Positions 28,601 to 37,484 of a stretch of 56,508 bases of DNA are shown here, piece by piece. Source of the DNA: a virus (lineage: Duplodnaviria > Caudoviricetes); IMG/VR virus record IMGVR_UViG_3300042402_005492, positions 1-56,508 of that record; one strand, written 5' to 3'. Numbering within the stretch: the stretch's first letter is position 1; each line of letters starts with the position of its first letter. Made by a program: the position numbers and the translations under genes. The notes beneath the pieces were generated by a model that made no database searches, was not told where the DNA came from, and worked only from the letters and a program-made list of their open reading frames with translations.

Positions 28601-31600
28601 ACTCAAATTTTCAACATAGCATCCGGTGCAACCATTGCTGATTTTGGAAATGGTGATAACCACTTTAGAACATACTATAATAACTACTTAGGTAATAGTA
28701 ATGGTGATTTAACTTGGGTTAATGATACCCTATATGTTGGTGCAAGTGATAGTGGAGATGCTGAATTCCGTTTTGGTGAAGATAGTAGTGGTTGGTATGG
28801 TGATAGATGGTATTGGGATTCTGCATATACCGTATATCGTTATAGTAGAGATGCCGGAACTGATTCACTAATTCATTACCATGATACTCGTGATACTACT
28901 AGAATTACTTATGGTAGAAACATCGTATTTAATGATTATGGTAAAGGTATAGTTGGTAACTATGATTCAACCCGATATCAAGCGGTATTTGCAATGGGCG
29001 ATTCATACAAATTACCTGCAAACGGAACTAACACCGGAACTTTATATGGTATAGCGTGGTCACACCCCAATGCTGGAGGAGTTGCAGGAAACTTAGCAGA
29101 TCATGGAATGCTAATACTTCAAAACGGAGCATTTAGAGGTGCTTGGGGTGGTGGTAGACTAGTAACAACTGCGGATATTAGAGCTACTATCTATTACGAT
29201 TATAATGATACAAGTTATTATGTAAATCCACGTTCTGATTCCAGAATGAGTGGACTTCGTTTGGATGGTATTGATAATGAGGCATCTGGAACCGATGCAA
29301 TTCTTTGGATAAATAAACCAAACAACAATGACTGGGCAATGATTGTTACCGGTAATTTGGAGTTTGGTATTGATATGAGAATGGCAGGTTCCCACTCTTA
29401 TGCATATAGAGCATTGAGAGCCGGAACTGAATACTATAGAGTTGGTAGTGATATGGTGTTTCATGATAACCAAATACGTACACCAACTTTCTATATTTCA
29501 AATGATACAACTTATTTATGGAATAATAATAGAATAGTAGTAAATCAAGTAACATTCCCTTATAGAGAATGGGATTTTAGTTGGGGAGCTCATGGTAATG
29601 GTAGTGGTACACAATCAATGACATTCCGAATGTGGGATAATTACACACAATCTGGTGCACCTTCTTCTTATGGTACTTTAATTGAATACTATGGGTTAAG
29701 TGGACACCAACATGACCAATTCTATTTCTATCAGGGTGAAATTCTTCATAGATACGGATGGTATGGTACTACAAACTGGCAAAGTGGGTGGAGAGCAATG
29801 TTGCATGCCGGAAACTATTCCGGATACTCAAACTTTAGTGGGGCTGTATATGGTACAATTTATTATGATGCAAACAATACTGCATTTTTTGCAGACCCTA
29901 ACTCTCGTTCTCGCTTATCTTCATTAGATTATGGATCTAGTGGATACTTTTTTGCAGGTGGTGATTGGGGCTGGAGACATAACACTCCATTTGGTTGGAT
30001 ACAATTTGGACCAGCTAACTCATCACACGCACACATTTATACATCATTATCAAACTTTTATTTCAACGCTCAATTACAAGTCAATGGTGGTAGCTTAATA
30101 AATACTAGTGATATTCAGGCAAATATATTCTACGATAGACAAAATACAGGATATTATACAGATCCTAATGGTTCATCTCAAATGAGTGCAGTATTTGCAG
30201 ATAACTTCTTTAGACCTCAGGGAGCAACCGGAGTATATTGGCAATCATACGATACTAGGATATTCTCCGATGACTCAACTTATATCAAATCTAGATCAAA
30301 TAATGGTTGGGTAATTTATGATAGAAGTGCTGGTTTAAGAGGATACCTATACTTTGATGGAAGTGGATTTGGATTATTACACTCTAGTGGTGGCTGGGCT
30401 GTAAGAACTACACCTAGTGAAGTTGAGTTATACAATATAACTTATGCTAACGATATGCGGGCATATATTTTCTACGATAGAGATAATACTGCATATTATG
30501 GTGACTTTGCTGGTCAGTCAAGAATAAACACAATGAATATGGGTCATGGTGGCGGACAGGTTTATGATACGGCCAGACAAGGAATTTTATTCTTTAACTC
30601 AAAGGGAGAGAGTGATATACAGGGATACTCAATTGGTACAACTTTAGAAAATTATAATGGTAATTATACAAAACTTACTTTAGATTGGCATACTGGTATA
30701 AAAATTGGAGCAGCCTTTAACTATGGTGGTATAAGATTTTATAACAACTCTGTCAAATATTATGGAGGTTCTCAGCTGTTTTCAATTGGGGAAGGGGATC
30801 AACACGTTAGAGTAAGTAATGTATTGTTTGCTTATGGTGATACAAGATCACCAATATTTTATGATAGTCAAAATACTGGATTTTATATAGATCCTGCAAG
30901 TCAAAATAGCTATATATATGGATTGGTATTATCAGGAGCAACTTATTTTAGACCAAATAGCTGGATACAAATAGATGGTCTTACGGGTATATACTGGCCT
31001 GGTTATTACGGAGCACACTTCTATCCTAACAATGGTAGTACATATACTCAATTAAGATATGATGGGCAAAAAAACGGATACGATGGTTTATGGCTAAGTT
31101 ATAGTCGCGTAAACGGAATGATGTATGATGGTGCTGGAAATGGTGGTGTATATAGAGAAGATAATGGTAGGTGGTTTTTTTACCATTATTTACCAGCCAA
31201 CTGTATGGGTATTGGTACATCCGCTACAAACTCAGCGTATGGTGTCTATGTTGTAAAGGGTGGATATTTTGATGGGCGTGTTGATGGTACAATATTTTAT
31301 GATGCAAATAATACCGGATATTATGCAGACCCAGCATCTACAAATAACTTCAACCAAACAGAGCAAAATGGTAGAATGTGGTATAGTAACTATACTGTAA
31401 GCCGAAATGAAGGTGGTATGATGGGTAGTTATAATGCTACTGGTACTGCTGCAAAAGTAATTTGGACTATTGGAGAGAGCTGGCCATTAGGAAATATGTA
31501 TGGTTTGGCTTACGAATATGGAGCTGGATATGACCACCACCTATCATTAAAAAATAATGGGTCAACCTATTCTCGTTTTGGATTTGCGGGTGGGGCATTT

Positions 31601-32641
31601 ATAGGTGGTACTGTAACTATCTCAGGTGCAACATATTCTCCAATTTATTATGATAATAACGATGGTAGTTATTATATGGATCCTAATGGTACATCACAAC
31701 TCCATTATGTGATGGCAAACAACTGGTTTAGAGCTCAAGGCGATAGTGGGTTTTACACTCAAAGTTATGGTTCACATTGGAGAACATCAGTACAAGCATC
31801 TTATGGTACATGGGAGAGCTTTGGATACGCTAGAAATGGGTATGGTGGTGTTAATATTATAGATCCTTCTGGATATTGGAATAACTATATGCACGAAAGT
31901 GGAAATGGTGGATTATATCAACAAAACGGAAGTGGTTGGGTTTGGTATTGGAGTAGAGGTAACGGATGTTTAGGATTGGGTGGATCAGATACTGTAGGTG
32001 GATATAGAGCAAGAGTAAACGGAGGATTATATGTTAACTCTACACTATATGTTCCAGCTGCTGTTTATGGTACTATATTCTATGATGCAAACGATAGTTA
32101 CTATGTAGTAGATCCTAACGGAAGTACTAGATTAGGATATACTGAAACCCGAAGTTTATTTGCGGCTTTTGGTATAGGTGGTGAAATGCGAATGCACCCT
32201 AATTCGGGTACATTTGGTGGATATTTCCAATGTGCTAGACACTTAGTAATAGAAACATTCCAATCTGGTCACCATACTTATGTTTTGGATGCTACCGGAA
32301 CAGGAGTTGTTAAGCTTTGGACAAATCAGTTCTGGTCTGCACACTCGGATGTGACTATGAAAATCGTTCATTCTAGCATTACTAATGTATTGGAAAAATT
32401 GGAAACAATTACACCTATATATTATTCATTTAATCATATTGAAAATGATAAAAATAGAATAGGATTAATAGCTCAAGAAGTTCAAATGCATTATCCTGAA
32501 TTAGTGGAAACTGATCCTATGAATGATAAACTTGCATTAGATTATACGGGAATGATACCTATATTATTAGCTGCGATAAAAGAATTGAAAGCGGAATTGG
32601 ATGTAGTTAAAGAGGAATTGAATACATTAAAAAATCAATAA
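25613..32641 (+). CDS. Long tail fibre (2342 aa) with a Gly-X-Y tract, modular receptor-binding region and C-terminal S74-type intramolecular chaperone
   Basis: HSDVTMK...LEKL..ITPIYY.F...RIGLIAQEV...PELV...DY..MIPILLAAIKEL plus coiled coil; IFYD..NT.YY.DP repeats. Confidence 0.8.
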   Translation: MDYIGKNPNGLNQLSSSLVSIFVSGSRVVDINTGSVQVYGQVSSSLFRGDGSGLFNIPAESIGDINRIRSGSAELEISPNRGLVGNTNLSLSGSADVSGSLRVGKDLNVSGKITAELINVNIVSSSIIFSSGSNIFGDSITDKHQFTGSLGISGSIFVDKFDEDETTNDVLVINQSTQKIGFRTAAASSGTSGTSGSSGSSGTTGSSGTSGSSGTSGSGGSSGTSGTSGSSGTSGTSGSSGTSGSSGTTGSEGTSGSSGSSGSSGSSGTSGTSGTSGSSGTSGSSGTSGSSGTTGSEGTSGTSGTSGTSGTSGIDGTSGIDGTSGSSGVDGTSGTSGISGAGGSSGTSGSSGSSGSSGISGAGGSAGTSGSSGSSGTSGTSGSAGTSGTSGTSGSSGVTGAGGGSGSSGTAGTSGSSGSSGTSGTSGSSGSSGSSGESGSSGTSGISGSSGESGSSGSSGSSGSSGISGTSGTSGVDGSSGSSGISGSSGIDGTSGSSGVSGSSGSSGISGTSGTSGSAGTSGSVGTSGSAGTSGSAGSSGTSGSGGTSGSSGTSGSGGTSGSGGTSGSGGTSGTRGTAGSGGTSGSGGTSGSGGTSGSGGTSGLLALTGTTDNGVITLNGTAPNATVESNLTFNGATNLLTVTGDVTATSYYNAQANSGYRLRNAANSANVGGFTRRGLWEGNANYDPALWAETGYGLYFYTDGSATIKGLLDTTGNFTLSGNLVSAQVNTGQGLTEVHLMNQNIRTTDDVTFGNITVSGASKGLYFTGGNNRIYFAGNRAIEGNGTNLQIGEGHSLTLLQSTTTSVGGATSGRINFGTDGPDIALFRDNSYDLVLQQGASSGNALYMAGAGNVVVSIDSNNNETDRKFIVGSNAIKSSNELFSVNESGTVFASNNFRAPIFYDSNNTGFYADPNSTSKFNTLNVDNLNTGNYVNIGYTNNGGESIATSAFRGIDFHTTGDFNYYIGKPAGAWTQPLHIHFYTGIRLRAHQAYGGTQIFNIASGATIADFGNGDNHFRTYYNNYLGNSNGDLTWVNDTLYVGASDSGDAEFRFGEDSSGWYGDRWYWDSAYTVYRYSRDAGTDSLIHYHDTRDTTRITYGRNIVFNDYGKGIVGNYDSTRYQAVFAMGDSYKLPANGTNTGTLYGIAWSHPNAGGVAGNLADHGMLILQNGAFRGAWGGGRLVTTADIRATIYYDYNDTSYYVNPRSDSRMSGLRLDGIDNEASGTDAILWINKPNNNDWAMIVTGNLEFGIDMRMAGSHSYAYRALRAGTEYYRVGSDMVFHDNQIRTPTFYISNDTTYLWNNNRIVVNQVTFPYREWDFSWGAHGNGSGTQSMTFRMWDNYTQSGAPSSYGTLIEYYGLSGHQHDQFYFYQGEILHRYGWYGTTNWQSGWRAMLHAGNYSGYSNFSGAVYGTIYYDANNTAFFADPNSRSRLSSLDYGSSGYFFAGGDWGWRHNTPFGWIQFGPANSSHAHIYTSLSNFYFNAQLQVNGGSLINTSDIQANIFYDRQNTGYYTDPNGSSQMSAVFADNFFRPQGATGVYWQSYDTRIFSDDSTYIKSRSNNGWVIYDRSAGLRGYLYFDGSGFGLLHSSGGWAVRTTPSEVELYNITYANDMRAYIFYDRDNTAYYGDFAGQSRINTMNMGHGGGQVYDTARQGILFFNSKGESDIQGYSIGTTLENYNGNYTKLTLDWHTGIKIGAAFNYGGIRFYNNSVKYYGGSQLFSIGEGDQHVRVSNVLFAYGDTRSPIFYDSQNTGFYIDPASQNSYIYGLVLSGATYFRPNSWIQIDGLTGIYWPGYYGAHFYPNNGSTYTQLRYDGQKNGYDGLWLSYSRVNGMMYDGAGNGGVYREDNGRWFFYHYLPANCMGIGTSATNSAYGVYVVKGGYFDGRVDGTIFYDANNTGYYADPASTNNFNQTEQNGRMWYSNYTVSRNEGGMMGSYNATGTAAKVIWTIGESWPLGNMYGLAYEYGAGYDHHLSLKNNGSTYSRFGFAGGAFIGGTVTISGATYSPIYYDNNDGSYYMDPNGTSQLHYVMANNWFRAQGDSGFYTQSYGSHWRTSVQASYGTWESFGYARNGYGGVNIIDPSGYWNNYMHESGNGGLYQQNGSGWVWYWSRGNGCLGLGGSDTVGGYRARVNGGLYVNSTLYVPAAVYGTIFYDANDSYYVVDPNGSTRLGYTETRSLFAAFGIGGEMRMHPNSGTFGGYFQCARHLVIETFQSGHHTYVLDATGTGVVKLWTNQFWSAHSDVTMKIVHSSITNVLEKLETITPIYYSFNHIENDKNRIGLIAQEVQMHYPELVETDPMNDKLALDYTGMIPILLAAIKELKAELDVVKEELNTLKNQ
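26180..27424 (+). repeat. Second Gly-X-Y (GTS/GSS/GSG) tract, ~415 codons
   Basis: Seen directly in the translation. Confidence 0.95.
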
Positions 32642-32654
32642 AATAAAAAAATAT

Positions 32655-32663
32655 ATATTTATA
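32655..32663 (+). promoter_or_regulatory. Putative late promoter motif ATATTTATA
   Basis: Intergenic, before ATG 32686. Confidence 0.6.
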
Positions 32664-32685
32664 CTAAACAAAAACAAAAAATAAA

Positions 32686-33135
32686 ATGGCAGAATTAAGC
32701 ACAGCAAACGATATCTATGGTTTGGAATATGAGTGGAAGCTCACCGGATTAAGAAAAGTTAATTCAAATGGATTAGATGGTATCGTAATTGGAACAAATT
32801 GGAAACTCACCGGTACGGATATGGATGGTTATAGTGGATCTTTTACTGGAGCAACTCCATTTAAGGTAGAAAACTTAAACACCGCATCATTTACTGCATA
32901 TAGTGAACTGACAGAAAGTACTATAATAGATTGGGTACAGAATGTAGTATATGATTTACCATCATATTGGGAGCATATCAATACTCAAATCCTAAAATCG
33001 GTTAGAGATAGTAAAAGTCCAGTTGATGTTCTTCATGAGAATGATTTACCGTGGGCACCTTTAAGTGGTTCAGCTGTAATACCTGCTGAACCTGATCCTA
33101 ATGTAGTACCATCGGTTCCACACTCGGCAGGTTAA
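32686..33135 (+). CDS. Fibre-associated hypothetical protein
   Basis: 149 aa; YEWK.T.L ... F..Y.ELTE...IDWV ... LPW pattern typical of small genes after tail fibres. Confidence 0.6.
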   Translation: MAELSTANDIYGLEYEWKLTGLRKVNSNGLDGIVIGTNWKLTGTDMDGYSGSFTGATPFKVENLNTASFTAYSELTESTIIDWVQNVVYDLPSYWEHINTQILKSVRDSKSPVDVLHENDLPWAPLSGSAVIPAEPDPNVVPSVPHSAG

Positions 33136-33161
33136 TATATATCTAATTGTATTACTAAAAT

Positions 33162-33190
33162 CAAAACATAAAAAATAAATTTGTGTTTTG
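33162..33190 (+). terminator. Possible stem-loop before the sheath gene
   Basis: CAAAACATAAA-n7-TTTGTGTTTTG with one G-U pair; no clear U tail. Confidence 0.35.
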
Positions 33191-33202
33191 GGATGTTATG
33201 TT

Positions 33203-33211
33203 ATATTTATA
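33203..33211 (+). promoter_or_regulatory. Putative late promoter motif ATATTTATA
   Basis: Intergenic, upstream of the sheath gene. Confidence 0.6.
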
Positions 33212-33260
33212 TGTGTATTTCAATATGGATTACGCAAAAAATAATAAAATATAAAAAACA

Positions 33261-35585
33261 ATGGCAGAAAGAATTGTATCACCTGGTGTTTTTACAAGAG
33301 AAAATGATTTATCATTCCTATCACAAGGAATTGGTGAAATTGGAGCGGCATTTATAGGACCTTTTAAGCAAGGACCGGCATTCGTTCCAACAATCGTTAG
33401 AACCCAGTCCGAATTTGAGGAGATTTTTGGAACTCCTGATGGAACTTATTATACTGATTATGCAGTTCAAAATTATTTAAGAGAAGCTGGAGTAGCAACA
33501 ATTGTGAGAGTTGGTGGTGTTGATGGTTATACTCAAGCTGCACCTTTAGCAATCGTAGCATCTGGTTCAGCTGGTGAAAAAATTGTAGGTGTACTACATA
33601 ACACCAATAGATTATATCAAAATGTTGGTTTTACCGGAACTACTATTGCTAATGATGTAGATGGTAAATTTTTATTAACATTTTCATCAAGTTTTGCTGG
33701 AATAGCAGGAGCTACTTCAATATCTGCATCTATTTTACCTAGAGATATAAATGATTTATCTGATGTATTTGGCGAGTCACCGTTTTATTTTGTAGCTAGT
33801 CCTGCTAATGTAGTTTCTAACATCTATACTTACGCATATTTTGAGCATTTTGCATCTCAATCAATTGATGCGGTTGTAAGTAGAATTGTACTTCCATCTC
33901 AAGCATATACTCAAGATGCTACATTCGCTTCAACACCTTTTGTAAAATCACAAAACATTAGTGGAACTAGATTTAGTTTATTCCGTTTCCACACTTTAGG
34001 TGATGGTACTTTATATAATACTAAATTTAAGATTGGTATTTCTAATGTAAAAGCTGCTGGTGAAGATGGTGGAACTGATTACTCTGTATTTAGTGTAACT
34101 GTAAGAAGTTTCAGTGATACTGATAGAAGAAAAGTTGTATTGGAAACATTTAATAATGTTAACTTAGATCCAGCATCTCCAAATTATATTGCAAGAGTAA
34201 TTGGTGATAGAAACCTAACAATTGATGCTAACGGAAAAATCTCAGAAACTGGTGATTACACAAACCGATCAAAATATATTAGAGTAGAAGTTTCTACTCC
34301 AGGCTCATTCCCAATTTCTGCAGCACCATTTGGACATGATACATACCTTAATCCAATTAGAACAACTGGACAGGATACATTAGTACCTGCGGTAACATAT
34401 TCAACATTATCTACTGGTAACGATACATCATCTCCAATTAATTTTAGTGGATTTGATTTTGAGAGTGCAGGAATTAAAATTGATAATAATCAATATCTAA
34501 AACCAATACCAACTAATGCTGGAACCGGTTCGAATGTACCATTCTCCTTTGATGCTAACGGATTAACATTACAGATGACAGGTTCTAACTCAACTGATAT
34601 GGTGAGAAGACAATTTATCTTAGGATTTCAGGAAGGATTTGATGGAATGAATCCTGTTATCAAACCTTCATTAGGAGCGGATATTAGTAATGATAATACT
34701 CAAGGATTTAATTGTTCTAGTGCGGTTAGTAGTGGTACAGAAGCATATACTAAAGCGATTAACGCTGTATCTAATCCTGATGAGTGGGATATCAATATGG
34801 TAGTAACTCCTGGTATTATTAGAAGATTACACCCATTTGTGACTGCAAGAGTTATTGATATGGTAGAAGCTAGACAAGATGCATTCTACATCGCTGATTT
34901 TAACGGAGCAGATGATACAATTTCACAAGCAACCGAACAAGCTAATTCAGTAGATACAAATTACGCAGCAACTTATTATCCTTGGGTAAAAACTATTATT
35001 GCTCCTACTAACAAATTAGCGAGTGTACCACCTTCCGTATTGTTACCTGCAGTATTTGCAGCAAACGATAGATTAGCGGCAGAATGGTTTGCACCAGCTG
35101 GTTTGAATAGAGGTGGTATCATTGGAGCTGTTAATGTTCTAAACAGATTGACTCACTCCGAAAGAGATACTCTATATGAGAACAAGGTAAACCCAATTGC
35201 GGCATTCCCTGGACAAGGTATTGTTGCATACGGACAAAAAACTCTTCAAGATAGAGCATCTGCATTGGATAGAATTAATGTGAGAAGATTATTGATTGCG
35301 GTTAAGAAATTTGTAGCATCTACATCTAGGTTCTTGGTATTTGAGCAAAACACATCTACTACTAGAACCCGTTTCTTAAACACCGTAAATCCATACTTTG
35401 AGGCAATCCAACAGAGACAGGGACTTTACGCATTTAATGTAGTAATGGACGAAAGTAATAACACACCTGATGTTATTGATAGAAATATATTAGCTGGACA
35501 GATTTTCTTACAACCTGCTAAGACTGCTGAATTCATCGTAATTGATTTCAACATCTTACCAACTGGAGCAAGTTTCTCAGCATAA
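33261..35585 (+). CDS. Contractile tail sheath protein (T4 gp18-like)
   Basis: SPGVFTRENDLS, GPF..GP, YYPW, WFAPAGLNRG, LY..KVNPI, GQKTLQ..SALDRINVRRL, FEQN...TR, AEFI.IDF motifs. Confidence 0.95.
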   Translation: MAERIVSPGVFTRENDLSFLSQGIGEIGAAFIGPFKQGPAFVPTIVRTQSEFEEIFGTPDGTYYTDYAVQNYLREAGVATIVRVGGVDGYTQAAPLAIVASGSAGEKIVGVLHNTNRLYQNVGFTGTTIANDVDGKFLLTFSSSFAGIAGATSISASILPRDINDLSDVFGESPFYFVASPANVVSNIYTYAYFEHFASQSIDAVVSRIVLPSQAYTQDATFASTPFVKSQNISGTRFSLFRFHTLGDGTLYNTKFKIGISNVKAAGEDGGTDYSVFSVTVRSFSDTDRRKVVLETFNNVNLDPASPNYIARVIGDRNLTIDANGKISETGDYTNRSKYIRVEVSTPGSFPISAAPFGHDTYLNPIRTTGQDTLVPAVTYSTLSTGNDTSSPINFSGFDFESAGIKIDNNQYLKPIPTNAGTGSNVPFSFDANGLTLQMTGSNSTDMVRRQFILGFQEGFDGMNPVIKPSLGADISNDNTQGFNCSSAVSSGTEAYTKAINAVSNPDEWDINMVVTPGIIRRLHPFVTARVIDMVEARQDAFYIADFNGADDTISQATEQANSVDTNYAATYYPWVKTIIAPTNKLASVPPSVLLPAVFAANDRLAAEWFAPAGLNRGGIIGAVNVLNRLTHSERDTLYENKVNPIAAFPGQGIVAYGQKTLQDRASALDRINVRRLLIAVKKFVASTSRFLVFEQNTSTTRTRFLNTVNPYFEAIQQRQGLYAFNVVMDESNNTPDVIDRNILAGQIFLQPAKTAEFIVIDFNILPTGASFSA

Positions 35586-35607
35586 TAACTAAAAATCAGG
35601 CAAACGA

Positions 35608-35616
35608 ATATTTATT
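35608..35616 (+). promoter_or_regulatory. Putative late promoter motif ATATTTATT
   Basis: Intergenic, before the tube gene. Confidence 0.55.
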
Positions 35617-35638
35617 AATATAATTAAAAAAAATAAAA

Positions 35639-36127
35639 ATGGCAGAAATATTAGAATTCGATAAAATGTTCTATACGAACTTTGAACCAAAGATGAAGAA
35701 CAGATACGTCATGGAAATTGATGGTATCCCTTCATATATGATTAAAGCTGCAGCTAGACCTTCAATTAACTTTGAAACCATTACTATGGATCACATCAAT
35801 GTTAAAAGAAAGTTGCAAGGCAAAGGTGAGTGGCAGGACATTACAATTACTCTGTTTGACCCAATCGTTCCTTCTGGAGCACAGGCGGTAATGGAGTGGG
35901 TTCGTTTAGGACATGAGTCTATTACTGGTAGAAGAGGATATGCCGATTTTTACAAAAAAGATTTGGATATCTATATGTTAGGACCTGTTGGTGATAAAAT
36001 TGAACAATGGAAACTAAAAGGAGCATTCTTAACAACTGTAAACTTTGGTGACCTTTCATTTGACTCTAACGAACCTGCATCAATCGAATTAGGAATTGCT
36101 TACGATTACGCAATACTTGAGTTTTAA
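35639..36127 (+). CDS. Tail tube protein (T4 gp19-like)
   Basis: Follows the sheath; W.DITITLFD, AVMEW, YKKD, EQWKLKGAF, GDLSF, I.YDY motifs. Confidence 0.9.
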   Translation: MAEILEFDKMFYTNFEPKMKNRYVMEIDGIPSYMIKAAARPSINFETITMDHINVKRKLQGKGEWQDITITLFDPIVPSGAQAVMEWVRLGHESITGRRGYADFYKKDLDIYMLGPVGDKIEQWKLKGAFLTTVNFGDLSFDSNEPASIELGIAYDYAILEF

Positions 36128-36152
36128 TTTTAGTGATTATATAATTAATAAG

Positions 36153-36185
36153 AAAAACCTCTACAATGTAGGGGTTTTTTTATTT
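36153..36185 (+). terminator. Intrinsic terminator
   Basis: AAAAACCTCTAC-AAT-GTAGGGGTTTTT followed by a T-rich tail after the tube gene. Confidence 0.8.
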
Positions 36186-36204
36186 CTAACTTTTTAAAGT
36201 TTAT

Positions 36205-36213
36205 ATATTTATA
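36205..36213 (+). promoter_or_regulatory. Putative late promoter motif ATATTTATA
   Basis: Immediately after the terminator, before ATG 36243. Confidence 0.6.
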
Positions 36214-36242
36214 TATGAAACTAAAAAATATAATGTAAAGTT

Positions 36243-37001
36243 ATGGAACAACAAAAATATGATTTTCCAACCGAATTGTTGGATTTACCATCAAAAGGTT
36301 TAGTATATCCAAAGGATCATCCATTATCAAGCGGAACAATTGAAATTAAATATATGACGGCAAAGGAAGAGGATATTCTTTCAAATCAAAATCTTATCAA
36401 AAAAGGAGTAGTATTGGATAAATTATTTGAGTCTATAATTGTAGATAAAAGTATAAATCCAAATGATATTACTATTGGAGATAAAAATGCAATAATTGTA
36501 GCAACTAGATTATTGGGATACGGACATGAATATAAAATGTCATTCTATTCTTCAAAATTGACTAAAAGTGTTGAAACTATTATTGATTTATCGGAAATTA
36601 AAACAAAAGATGTAGATTTTTCACTCTTCAAAAATGCAAATGAGTTTGAATTCACAACTCCATTAGGTAAAAATAAAATTAAGTTTAAGTTATTAACTCA
36701 TGGTGATGAGAATGCGATTGAAAAAGATATTACTGCATTAGAAAGACTAGGAAAGGATGTATCTGCGGATATTACAACTAGATTGAGATATATGATTATT
36801 TCAGTAGATGGAAACTCAGAGGTATCACATATTAACCGTTTCGTAAACGGAATGTTAGCTAAAGATAGTAGAACATTTAGAAATTATATAAAAAGTATAT
36901 CACCCGATATGGATATGACGTTTACATATACCCACGATGATGGAGAGACGGAGGCTCTACCTATAACTTTAGGTGTGAACTTTTTTTGGCCTACCGAATA
37001 A
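36243..37001 (+). CDS. Tail/baseplate hub assembly chaperone (T4 gp26-like; lambda G-equivalent position)
   Basis: LPSKG..Y, YMTAKEEDIL, GDK.AI....R..GYG motifs, C-terminal NFFWP; lies between tube and tape measure genes. Confidence 0.75.
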   Translation: MEQQKYDFPTELLDLPSKGLVYPKDHPLSSGTIEIKYMTAKEEDILSNQNLIKKGVVLDKLFESIIVDKSINPNDITIGDKNAIIVATRLLGYGHEYKMSFYSSKLTKSVETIIDLSEIKTKDVDFSLFKNANEFEFTTPLGKNKIKFKLLTHGDENAIEKDITALERLGKDVSADITTRLRYMIISVDGNSEVSHINRFVNGMLAKDSRTFRNYIKSISPDMDMTFTYTHDDGETEALPITLGVNFFWPTE

Positions 37002-37206
37002 CCATAGTATATTATTACATACTCAAATATTTGAAATGTGTAATTATGGGAATGGGTTTACGATGATGGAATTATACCAAATGCCAACAAAGTTTAGAAG
37101 GTTTTACTATAATAAATTAGTGGAAGCAAAAACTGCGGAAAGTAAAGCTATAGAAAAAGCAAATAAACCAAGCACTAATAGTGGAAGAGTTAGGATTAGA
37201 AAATAA
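36979..37206 (+). CDS. gp51-like chaperone extension missing from the ORF track; probably reached by frameshift (first ATG at 37036)
   Basis: The +1 frame reads TFFGLPNNHSILLHTQIFEMCNYGNGFTMMELYQMPTKFRRFYYNKLVEAK...RIRK*; it opens right at the T7 run and ends in a terminator. Confidence 0.7.
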   Translation, partial: TFFGLPNNHSILLHTQIFEMCNYGNGFTMMELYQMPTKFRRFYYNKLVEAKTAESKAIEKANKPSTNSGRVRIRK

Positions 37207-37222
37207 TCCTAACTTTTTTTTT
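37188..37222 (+). terminator. Intrinsic terminator
   Basis: AGTTAGGATTA-GAAAA-TAATCCTAACT followed by T8. Confidence 0.85.
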
Positions 37223-37228
37223 AAATCC

Positions 37229-37237
37229 ATATTTATA
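37229..37237 (+). promoter_or_regulatory. Putative late promoter motif ATATTTATA
   Basis: After the terminator, before ATG 37263. Confidence 0.6.
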
Positions 37238-37262
37238 TATAATAAACATAAAATTTAGAATT

Positions 37263-37469
37263 ATGCCTAAATATAAAATTTCAAAATCAAACCTCAAAGA
37301 ATTTTTTGGGTGGTTCGGTGATAAGAAAAAACCAAAAGATTTGCAGACTATAATTGATAATGACCCTCAACTTAAAAAATTGGATGCGGATATAGCTGCT
37401 ATACAACAAAAACATGGTAAATTGGATCCTGAGTATGTAAGATTACTTAAAAAGTATGGTGCATACTAA
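37263..37469 (+). CDS. Small hypothetical protein preceding the tape measure gene
   Basis: 68 aa; has its own promoter motif. Confidence 0.6.
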   Translation: MPKYKISKSNLKEFFGWFGDKKKPKDLQTIIDNDPQLKKLDADIAAIQQKHGKLDPEYVRLLKKYGAY

Positions 37470-37484
37470 TAATATATCATAATA

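Noticed and set aside
25613-32641. Diversity-generating retroelement target in the fibre tip
   Set aside because: No reverse transcriptase and no template/variable repeat pair differing at adenines was seen in this window.
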